This document shows, one piece after another, positions 37,643 to 47,600 of a stretch of 64,000 bases of DNA. This DNA comes from a virus (taxonomy: Duplodnaviria > Caudoviricetes), in the IMG/VR virus record IMGVR_UViG_3300033463_000004, positions 32,001 through 96,000 of that record; one strand, written 5' to 3'. Numbering within the stretch: the first letter of the stretch is position 1; every line of letters begins with the position of its first letter. Below the pieces are notes generated by a model. The model saw nothing but the letters and a program-made list of their open reading frames with translations. It did no database searches and was not told the origin of the DNA. The position numbers and the translations under genes are program-made.

Positions 37643-40264
37643 ATGCATGGAACACCAATTGATGAAAAATATCAACGGGCAATGGAATTTGCAAAACATT
37701 TCAAACATGAAAACAAAACATCAAGTATTTCAAATGTATACGTAATACAAGTGAAAGATCTTGATGGAAATGTCGTTGATGAAAAATATGGTATGAATTT
37801 GATGACAAATTACGGTATGTCGCAATATTTTGTATCTAAAGCTAACTGGCCGACAAATTTCTATATCGGTAATGGCTCTGGAACATTTAATCATACAACG
37901 AACGTCATACTTAGTCCTATTACAACGAACCCAGCAACAGTCACGTCAAGTTCAAAGAGTTATGCGTATCCTGTTTATTATGATTCATTATCCGGTGTTA
38001 TCACAACAACTGTGAAATTCCTTGAAGTGTATTTTAATTACAATATCGATGGAGTCACTGGACCAGTTGATATTTCTGAATACGGTATTGGAACTGCATA
38101 CAATGCATTATGGACACATTCATGGGTTTATAATAGTATTGGTGAAAAATCTACGGTTCGAAAAGATATTAATACACGAATTGATATTACAGTGTATTTA
38201 TGTATGTCTTATTCAACATCTATCATTGAAGATGGTTGGACTGCAGGCAAATCTATTTGTATCACCAATCCTTCCAGAATGTTTAATCGTACATCTGTTA
38301 CAATGGATGAACCAAACCTTTATACGTTCAGAAGAAGTGATTATTATGCAAGAACAAAATCCTATACATCTGGATATGCTGATAATGTTTACACTGTAAC
38401 TTCAAATATTTCTGAATTTACAATGTTACCAGCGGATCAATCTGATACAAACCAAAATGTTTATATTGATGGATTCATTTCATGGTGTGCTGGATTCAAT
38501 ATGTTCGAACGAGTCACAATGCCAACTGGTCATGAAGTTTCGTTCAGTGATGTTATTGGAATACCGATTGCATCAATTGCACATACATGGGACGGATTTG
38601 CACGTTCATTCGGACAACCCGGAACATATATCCCATTCACACAAGCAGACATTACTGCATCTTATACGTACAATTACAAGACTGGACAATTCTCTTGTCC
38701 GGATCATTTTGTAAATGATGCAAGAAAATGGTATAATGAAATGTCGTTCAGTACAGATTTTGCAACGACTGCGCGTTATACCAATAACAATGAAGTGTTA
38801 TCAATAAAACTATATCGAAATATCAATACTGAAGATCCTATTGTTGCAATCAGTTCTGCAAATACAACTGTGTATGCAACTGATTCATATTGGGATACTT
38901 CATCATGGAGTCGTATCGTAGATCTTTCATCGATACCTTCTCAATTACAAAACAAACGATACTGGCTGACAACCGATGACATCGCAATTACACCTGTTCG
39001 TGGCATTCAACCATTCGAATTTATTGCATCTGATGATGTAACGCATCATCCAACATTATTATTTGATAAACGTGAATACACGAGACAAGTTCAATTCACG
39101 ACATATGACAAAAGTCCTGATAAGAAATGGTTTATAATCGGATCAAAGATCTATATCGTAGCACGTGGTGACTTGGTTGTTACCTCATCAGGATCATATG
39201 CGATTGGATATAATAATTTGATTATGTATTACAATACTGGCGCAAATACCAATTATTTCTATGAAACAAATATTACAGAACAACCAGCACCAGTCCCAGT
39301 GCAAGTTACGACATTAGGATCTTTGCAGTTCAGATACTCTCATATCAGTGAATCAGAAAATGGATATGCGATTGCATCAGCAACATCAAATGTTACCATT
39401 AAATTTGATTTAACAGGTAGCTCAATTGTTCAAACGCAATTACCTGATTCTCTTGACGCTTGTTGCATATCGAAATCACAAAATTATGCGTATATTGATG
39501 CAACGAATTCACGTCGTGTATTCGTTAAGAAACTTTCAGATGATACAACTGTGAAACAGTTAGATATTCCTGTCAATTATGCTGCTCCAACTTGTATATT
39601 TGGTTGGAAAACTCATCTATATATCACTGATAATTCGACGTATGTGTTCTTATATGATACTGCAAACGATTCATTGACGGAATTATCAACAACAATTCCA
39701 CCAACTGAATATAGAAGATCTTCCAGAGATGGTAACAGTTATTGTCAATTTTCATCATGCTGTGATGAAGGAATGATACTTTATCGTGATAATACAGGAA
39801 CTTCGTATGCAGGTATTATTGTTATTACAGAAAATGATCCAACAACAATAACAGCATTAAATAATCTCAGTGATGGTAATACATCTGGATATATACGACA
39901 TAGATATTTTGATATCATTTCTGTAAACACGAATTCATTATTGATGGTATGTCATTTTGATAGCAGCGGTACAAATTACTATGGTTTTTCTGCAATAGAT
40001 ATCGGCCGATATTTACATGAAAACGTTGTAAATGTTGTCACATATGGCGGATCAAACAGATATCCATTTGCATTATTTGGAGAATTTTACGTTTGTCAGA
40101 ATGAAACATTTAGCGTTGCAAACTTAATGTATCATCGTTTGGTTGGAACAACGAAATGTGTTTCAACAGCAAATCACATCAAACATATATCCAATAAACG
40201 TTGGACAATGAGTGTTACAAATCTCGGTGGATGGAGTGGTTTACCACCCGGAAACAAACAGTGA
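37643..40264 (+). CDS. tail spike / receptor-binding protein paralogue A
   Basis: Thr/Ser/Tyr-rich; shares N-terminal, central and C-terminal blocks with 40807-44391. Confidence 0.65.
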   Translation: MHGTPIDEKYQRAMEFAKHFKHENKTSSISNVYVIQVKDLDGNVVDEKYGMNLMTNYGMSQYFVSKANWPTNFYIGNGSGTFNHTTNVILSPITTNPATVTSSSKSYAYPVYYDSLSGVITTTVKFLEVYFNYNIDGVTGPVDISEYGIGTAYNALWTHSWVYNSIGEKSTVRKDINTRIDITVYLCMSYSTSIIEDGWTAGKSICITNPSRMFNRTSVTMDEPNLYTFRRSDYYARTKSYTSGYADNVYTVTSNISEFTMLPADQSDTNQNVYIDGFISWCAGFNMFERVTMPTGHEVSFSDVIGIPIASIAHTWDGFARSFGQPGTYIPFTQADITASYTYNYKTGQFSCPDHFVNDARKWYNEMSFSTDFATTARYTNNNEVLSIKLYRNINTEDPIVAISSANTTVYATDSYWDTSSWSRIVDLSSIPSQLQNKRYWLTTDDIAITPVRGIQPFEFIASDDVTHHPTLLFDKREYTRQVQFTTYDKSPDKKWFIIGSKIYIVARGDLVVTSSGSYAIGYNNLIMYYNTGANTNYFYETNITEQPAPVPVQVTTLGSLQFRYSHISESENGYAIASATSNVTIKFDLTGSSIVQTQLPDSLDACCISKSQNYAYIDATNSRRVFVKKLSDDTTVKQLDIPVNYAAPTCIFGWKTHLYITDNSTYVFLYDTANDSLTELSTTIPPTEYRRSSRDGNSYCQFSSCCDEGMILYRDNTGTSYAGIIVITENDPTTITALNNLSDGNTSGYIRHRYFDIISVNTNSLLMVCHFDSSGTNYYGFSAIDIGRYLHENVVNVVTYGGSNRYPFALFGEFYVCQNETFSVANLMYHRLVGTTKCVSTANHIKHISNKRWTMSVTNLGGWSGLPPGNKQ

Positions 40265-40276
40265 GGTGTATGTGTT

Positions 40277-40789
40277 ATGTCTGGAATTCATAAATCGAAA
40301 GAAGTATATAAATATACACCAACACGTGATGGTACGAGAAAACTTGTACCTGTTAGAGGCGTCTATGTATCGGGGCTCCATACGGATCCCCTTTACATGG
40401 ATCATTATATAACAATAACAGAATATTCATCTGCGGATGTTGAAATTGTTGATTATACTACACAAGAAACAACACAGCAATCACCAGGTTTGTCTGTTAT
40501 TGGTATTGATATCCATCATGCTGACATTAGTGCATATACTAGAAAAAATACGACAGCATCTTCTCCCGGTTTGTCTGTTATTGGTATTGAAATTGAACAT
40601 TGTGATATTTCGCCATATACACGACAATCACAAACGCAACAATCACCTGGCTTGTCTGTTGTTGGTGTATCTGTTAGACATTCTGAATATGTCAATTATT
40701 TTAGAACGCATATGGATTCATCGTTGGAATATGTCTTGTCTGTATTAGAATATACATCAAGTTCATGTGACATCGAAGATATTATTTAA
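40277..40789 (+). CDS. small virion protein with three 25-aa tandem repeats
   Basis: YT...T...SPGLSV(I/V)G(I/V) three times, 75-nt DNA period. Confidence 0.7.
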   Translation: MSGIHKSKEVYKYTPTRDGTRKLVPVRGVYVSGLHTDPLYMDHYITITEYSSADVEIVDYTTQETTQQSPGLSVIGIDIHHADISAYTRKNTTASSPGLSVIGIEIEHCDISPYTRQSQTQQSPGLSVVGVSVRHSEYVNYFRTHMDSSLEYVLSVLEYTSSSCDIEDII

Positions 40790-40806
40790 AAGAAAGGGTG
40801 AATGAT

Positions 40807-43800
40807 ATGCATGAATTTGGAATTGCAAAAAAATCTATATATGATGAGCATCCTAAATTAAAAGAATTTGAAGAAAATTATAAGAAAACACATCCGGGTG
40901 TTGATATTAACACCAAAAATCTATATATCGTTCAATCTGTGAACCGTGATGGCGTCGTGACATCTGAACAATATGGTTTGAATCTTATAACAGACGCCGG
41001 ATTTGATCAAATTATCTCTAATTATTCACCTAGCTCTGAGACATTTAGAAAAGCAATACGTCTGTTAGAAGGTGTACCAATAGCCGAAGCTCCAACAGTA
41101 TTGACATCTACCATTCCGTCATATACACGAAGAATTCAAACATCAACCATGTCTGGTAATAATAATTATTATGCATTGCAATATAATTCTGAAACTGGTG
41201 TGATATCTCAAAGGATTAATCAATGGGTATGGGAATTTGATTATAATGTGACTGGATATTTACCAGATGGGACATCAGTTTCAATAGATAATGATTTTAC
41301 TGCAAATTGTCTTTATATGTATAATCCAGATTATCCCGACTGGTGTCCTACTGGAATAATATCAACATATGAAGCAGATGGTATGCCAGCTCCAATTATT
41401 AAACATCCAAACGAAAAATTATTTATAACATTTTATGCAACAGGATCTATTCATGAAGATGTTATAAATGATGCGTACGATGATGAAATATATTTTGCCG
41501 TTAATCCTGGAAAGATTTCTAATATTGCATGGGGTTATAGTCATTCTGGATATAATCGTGTTAATTCTCCTTTTGTGCATGCACAATGGTTAGGACCGGT
41601 TTATAAATCATATGCTTTGTCATCAGGAAGCACTAACACATATGTTGATATAAGTTGTAATGAGACTGGTCAACGATTTATCATGGGCAACGGTGAAGGA
41701 TATCGATATGGTCGTCAAAATATGACTTATGTTTTATTAGACCCGCGTGTTGCGTTTACCATGGTAGATTATCGATGGGGACATCGATATTATACCAGCT
41801 GGGATGATGCACATGTCATCAAATGTATATCGGTGGAACGTTTGGATACCCCAGAAGAATTATCAACAAATTTTGGATACACGAACAGAAATGACTCTTC
41901 ACAAATTTCAAATCTATTTGCATTGAAAGCATTTAACACACTTTACCCACTAGGAATTTTACCAGCAGCCGATTTCTCCATCACGTCCATCAAAGGATAT
42001 AATTACATATCGAAAGCCTTTGATATTGATATTTCATACATCAATAGACCTAATGCATATTATAATAACCCATTTATTACATCGGCTGGTATGGCAATCT
42101 CTGTAGCTGGTGCGCCCAGTGGTACATATTATTTATATATCAATCAGCGTGCAAAACAACTCAACAATGGTTTACAACCAGTACCGATTACTGGAATATC
42201 ATTGGACACATCAAGAACTGTTTATGTTGCAGATAAATATTGGGATTTTTCAACTTGGTCTATTGTGACAAATCCAAGTTCAATCCCACAAGCGTTACAA
42301 AACAAAAAGTATTTCATGTTGAAAGATGGTATAGCAATTATCACACCAACATATGATCAACAAGTACATGAATTGGATGTTGGTTCAGAATACACAGTAC
42401 TAAACACGCCCACAGATTCTATTCATGGATGGTATCGCGGATATAAAACATTACACAATCTGACAGACAATTGGATTCTTGTACAAGATTATTTGTTATT
42501 TATGGATCCAACAGGAAAAGATGTTCAATATAAATATAAACTCGAAGGTCCCGAATATGCTGTGTGGTCAAAAATATCTGACGCAGTATGGAATCAAGAT
42601 TATGCAAGCCTTTACATATATTCAAATGGTGAATATGTATTGAATACAAATCCGACATACAGTTCTGGAACAACGTACTACACAACGGCAATTGATCCAT
42701 ATACCATTAGATATAATTATGGTAATAAGATTCTTGTTGCGACGATGGTTACACGCGGTAACGATTCATATCCAGCAAAGGTAAGAATCTATACAATCAC
42801 ATCAGCATCATCTGCACCGACATATCAAGATATTACAATCGACACAAACACAACCGATCGGTCATATACTGGTCAATATACATTCTCTTCAAATGGATAT
42901 TTTGTTATCCAAGATGAACATACACATTGTGCAAACATTATTAAAATTTCCGATGGCACTGTTACAAAACTCGAGAATGTCAGTAATTGTTATGCATTGG
43001 AATATTCCAATAAATGTGTGTATTTCCGATATGGTTCATCACCGTTAACATGGGATGTTTACAATATGCAAACAAATACAGTTGAAGGTTCTTTTGTATT
43101 ACCGGATGAATATTCTAATGTCACATATATGTGCGGGTGGCATGAATATTTGTATTTGCAATCATATATCAATCCAAACTATTTTGTTCATATTATAAAT
43201 ACAAATGATTGTTCAATCCACATTGTCGATGGTATGACATTCAATAATCAATTCACATCATATAGGAGAAATAACAATTCAGTTGATTCTCGTTTATATC
43301 GTTTGAATCGAATTAATAACATAAAATTCCATTCGGATTTTATGATCATTGATTGTTTACCAATGAATCAATGGTATATGGATGATGTGTCTCCTAAATT
43401 TATTAAGTATACAGAACCTGAAAAAACATATTGGTTGTACAAATATGGCGATCGAAATGAACGTCAAGTTGATAACTTGTATGAAAAGAACCATTATTAT
43501 TGTACTACAGCACGATTAGGTTCAACAATTCTGGAAGTTCAACAATCAGTGTCTCAATCAAAATTATTATTAATTGATGTCGCTGGACGTTTTTCAGAAC
43601 GGTATGATGGTTCTGTTGATTTTGTTTCTAATTCAAATACCGATTGGCGGGCTGGTGTTCTTGATATAGGATATCGGATAGATAATCCTTCAGATGAACC
43701 TCTCAATGCGGTTTGTTATCATTGGAACAAAATTCAAATGGATAGTACATATGCGTCCGGTGGTATTGCATATTGGAAAAATGGAATTATCATATTTGAT

Positions 43801-44391
43801 ACTAATATGGCTGGTGTATGGTATCCTCTTGAGTGGTTTATCAACTTCAAGATTACAGGAACAACACGCACAATTCAAGCATACAATAATCCGAAGAAAA
43901 TTGGACATGCTTCCATGACGATGTTTTCAACAAACCGTGGAATAATTCAGCATACATCACCACCGACATCAACAGGCGATCTCCATTATGTATTTAAACA
44001 TGATTCATGGGGATATAGTGACTCAAATCAAAATAGTATATTCTGGGGAAAAATTCTAAAAGGTGAGATATTGGGACCATATGCTGCACAATATGATTTG
44101 TTAGATGGAGAATCATTATCAATCGAAATCACACCTGCAGCCGGATTTGAATTCTTATCCGGTACATTTTTATGGTGGATAGAAGAAAAGCAACTCAATT
44201 ATGACGCAAATGGTGATTATGTAAGTTATTCAAATAAATGGTCTTCCTCTGTGTGTAATGCAACTGACAGCATATCTGGTCCATCTCGTGACTTAACAAA
44301 CATTGGTATATGTATTGCAACAAACTCTAGCCAAATCACATGGTTAGAGCCAACATACATTCAATCAATCAGAATAACGAAATCTAGTTAA
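40807..44391 (+). CDS. tail spike / receptor-binding protein paralogue B (with C-terminal extension)
   Basis: Paralogous blocks with 37643-40264; start probably ATG 40807 behind GAAAGGGTG (track start 40798). Confidence 0.65.
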   Translation: MHEFGIAKKSIYDEHPKLKEFEENYKKTHPGVDINTKNLYIVQSVNRDGVVTSEQYGLNLITDAGFDQIISNYSPSSETFRKAIRLLEGVPIAEAPTVLTSTIPSYTRRIQTSTMSGNNNYYALQYNSETGVISQRINQWVWEFDYNVTGYLPDGTSVSIDNDFTANCLYMYNPDYPDWCPTGIISTYEADGMPAPIIKHPNEKLFITFYATGSIHEDVINDAYDDEIYFAVNPGKISNIAWGYSHSGYNRVNSPFVHAQWLGPVYKSYALSSGSTNTYVDISCNETGQRFIMGNGEGYRYGRQNMTYVLLDPRVAFTMVDYRWGHRYYTSWDDAHVIKCISVERLDTPEELSTNFGYTNRNDSSQISNLFALKAFNTLYPLGILPAADFSITSIKGYNYISKAFDIDISYINRPNAYYNNPFITSAGMAISVAGAPSGTYYLYINQRAKQLNNGLQPVPITGISLDTSRTVYVADKYWDFSTWSIVTNPSSIPQALQNKKYFMLKDGIAIITPTYDQQVHELDVGSEYTVLNTPTDSIHGWYRGYKTLHNLTDNWILVQDYLLFMDPTGKDVQYKYKLEGPEYAVWSKISDAVWNQDYASLYIYSNGEYVLNTNPTYSSGTTYYTTAIDPYTIRYNYGNKILVATMVTRGNDSYPAKVRIYTITSASSAPTYQDITIDTNTTDRSYTGQYTFSSNGYFVIQDEHTHCANIIKISDGTVTKLENVSNCYALEYSNKCVYFRYGSSPLTWDVYNMQTNTVEGSFVLPDEYSNVTYMCGWHEYLYLQSYINPNYFVHIINTNDCSIHIVDGMTFNNQFTSYRRNNNSVDSRLYRLNRINNIKFHSDFMIIDCLPMNQWYMDDVSPKFIKYTEPEKTYWLYKYGDRNERQVDNLYEKNHYYCTTARLGSTILEVQQSVSQSKLLLIDVAGRFSERYDGSVDFVSNSNTDWRAGVLDIGYRIDNPSDEPLNAVCYHWNKIQMDSTYASGGIAYWKNGIIIFDTNMAGVWYPLEWFINFKITGTTRTIQAYNNPKKIGHASMTMFSTNRGIIQHTSPPTSTGDLHYVFKHDSWGYSDSNQNSIFWGKILKGEILGPYAAQYDLLDGESLSIEITPAAGFEFLSGTFLWWIEEKQLNYDANGDYVSYSNKWSSSVCNATDSISGPSRDLTNIGICIATNSSQITWLEPTYIQSIRITKSS

Positions 44392-44406
44392 TAAATTCCG
44401 AAATTT

Positions 44407-44421
44407 CACATATATATGATT
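44407..44421 (+). promoter_or_regulatory. putative early promoter CACATATATATGATT
   Basis: Consensus match; no convincing RBS-led ORF downstream. Confidence 0.55.
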
Positions 44422-44644
44422 ATTACGAACATGAGAGATGATGTGTTTCGGGATAAAGGTATCTAAACGGCCTCCCGAGTGTCCTCCCTATGACAGCGCA
44501 CAAGATTGCATCTCTCTGTTCGCAATAATAAATGCATGAATGAAAAACGAGTTCTGATATTTACAATCCATCGTACAGATGGACATGTCGTACGGACATG
44601 GTGAATTGATTGCTCGTATTTTCATTCATGTATTCATTTTTTTT
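44419..44644 (+). ncRNA. candidate two-domain structured ncRNA (~225 nt)
   Basis: Stem 44419-44440 / 44509-44529 encloses TCGGGA..TCCCGA and TGTC-CTCCCTAT-GACA. Stem 44531-44551 / 44613-44634 encloses TCCATC-GTACA-GATGGA and CATGTC-GTACG-GACATG. A T-run follows. Confidence 0.6.
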
Positions 44645-44652
44645 GATGATGA

Positions 44653-44682
44653 AATGATGTGGGGCTTTCGCCCCACATCATT
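44653..44682. terminator. intrinsic terminator (ends the minus-strand baseplate gene)
   Basis: AATGATGTGGGGC TTTC GCCCCACATCATT. Confidence 0.85.
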
Positions 44683-44690
44683 ATCATTCA

Positions 44691-47600
44691 TCATATCAGA
44701 TTTAAAACAATATTCGAATCAGACAATACGAACATTTCCGGAACATATCTTTCTAATTCATTCTTCGGCATATCATCCAATTCATCCCATCGTTGGACAA
44801 TCGCTTGATAATCAGCGTTCATATAATGTCCACCAATGATATTCTTCTGGTTGGTATACCAACCTTTGAATTTCAAATATGCAACATTAGGATGTTCTTC
44901 CAGTTGTTGGATCAATTGTGAAATGTAAATGTTATTATCCATCGATATCATATCAACTGGGGTATGTACAGTTGTGATGCGGTTGAAATATGATTTGATC
45001 ATTGTACGAATTTCATTCAATGTATTGGTTGATAAACCTGGATTATACAATTTCAAATCAAATTCGATTTGTACATCCAAATCTGGCCAGAATGTTGGTG
45101 GAGTGAGATTCTTATCAACATCCGCAACATAAGAATGCGGTAAACCATATGTTGCAATCAGTTTGCAATCAAGATAATTATTACCTTCCAAACGTTTGAA
45201 GATAACCGGCTCAATTGCTTTGTGAACTTGTGTAAATGCGGAAACAAACGATGCAAATACATCAGAGTTCATCAACTTTGATTGAACAAATGGAACGAGT
45301 TGAACTTCCATTGCACTGTTGACAGATGTTTGTGAGAAGATATCTTCAACTTCACTTGGATAGATTGAAATATTATTGTAGACACGGTCCCAATCAATGT
45401 CACCAGAATATTGTGACTCTATAATATTTGCTAGGGTCATTCTTAATTCTGTCATGTATCCAGTTGAAATATCAGGTACTTCAGGATTGCCCGCATAAAT
45501 CGTGATAATATTATCCAAAGTTGCATTGCAATCGGAAGCAATCATTTGGATATCATGGAATGTCAAACCAGAATCATCAATCGTTCCAGTAATGATATGA
45601 TATGCATACTGTTTAATGGTATACATGTTATTCACATTCGGATCATATTCACACAGTTTCATCAAAGAATCAAATGCAGCCATCTGAACTTCTGAAGGTT
45701 GTTGATATTCACCAAACTTAACAACACTTCTCATTTCTTTCAGTTCTTGAATAAATGAGAAATCATCAACATTCCATCTATCTTGCAAACGGAATCCCTT
45801 GAATGACTCATCACCTTCAATCGGTGATACCAATGTTGGATCGGTTGATTTAAACAGAATATAGATCGTTAATTCTGGATATGTCGCATCAATTGTTACA
45901 ATCTTTGAATCAACTGCAGACACCCAAGAACCACCACCGTATTCTGTTGATGCAATTTTGATGCGATTATCGACATCAACCATTTTATTCAATGGATAAA
46001 TTTGTGCATCAAATCGAATACTACCATCAGATTCAATCTGAACTGGTTCCATTTCAACGCGACCAGTGACAACACCATCAACCTTTGCTTCCAAAACAAT
46101 ACGCATATTGTTTTCTTCCATTGCAAGTTGTTCTGATTCAAAATAGAACATCGGAACATTCGTATTTTCCAATAATACAGACAATGGCATTTTATAATAT
46201 GCAACAGCCGCTTCAGATGCAGTCGGTCTCATATCAGCATAGAATACAACACCATTTCCTGATACATCATTCAGATTAAATGTGACTGTTCCATCATTAT
46301 TATCGATTGGAGTATATGGTGTATAAATATTTGCAGAATTTGCAATCTGATATTGAACCACAACACCGTCATCGTATTTCAACTGGAAATATATAGTGTC
46401 TTGATAACTCTTTCCAATACGATACAAACGTGTTTCACCATATTTGGTTAAACTTGTGCTGAATACTTCATCAGATGTTGTCATGGAAACAAGTTTACCA
46501 GTAGGCTGATCATCTTTCAGACGGAGTTCATAATAATTCTGGGATGCGACACGTTTGAATGAAATCGGATCGTCATCAACGACATTTGGATATACATGTA
46601 TATCAGTATCTCCTGTTACTTTGACAGCTTCCCATGGACCGTGTTCACCCCATAAAGCATCCGTACCAAGAACTTGCTTAAAACTACTGCTGACAGTAAT
46701 TGGATATTCTTTTTTCTCACTACCAGAATAGTCCTCAATTCTGAGACCGCGCAAGTTCCACATACCATCAGATACACGAGTCTTTTCAGTTACACACAAA
46801 TATGTCTCTGATGGATTGAAAACGACATATTGTTGCTTTGGATCCTGAATCAGAATTGGAATCATCTTTGCATATAGATCAACAGGTTTTACAAAGTAAT
46901 TCCACATGATGTCTGTGAATGTCGGAGGTTCTGTTCCATTTCTGAAACGTTTTACAAAATCAGAACCAATGTAAGATGGTGCTTGGTTCGGAATAATAAC
47001 TGTCTCGATATTATAGTAATCCTTTTGATATGTACGAATGATATGTACAAATGAAGGTGTACCGTGATAAATAATACTCTTATCTTCATTACCAAGAATT
47101 GTATCTTGATATTCAAATGGAGTATTCACAATCGAAACCGTTGTCGTTTCATTAATCCACGGATTGAAGTATCCAATTGCAAACGGATACTTCTGAATAC
47201 GAATACCGAATGGATTTGCAAATAAGAAATCATCACCAACATTCACCGCAGTTGAAGCCGTTTCGACTTGCTCATTGGAATTCACAACCAATGGTTTTAC
47301 AGTATAACGATTGGATTCCTTGTTTGCATATACCCATGCCCAACCAGGTGGGATAATGATTTCATTTCCATTTGCAGAAATGATGTTATCATTACTATTG
47401 TAAAGAACTCGATATGGAATCTGCGCGTGTAATGTATTCGTACGATATACTTCACCATCTGGATCAGTCAACGCAATAAATCCACTCCAAATTCTACCCC
47501 ATGGATCATCTCTTCGTTTAAAGAAGAATGGATATAGAATTCGTTTGAAAAAGAATGTCTTAAACCATTCATAGATATCATGATCTGATGAAATCACATT

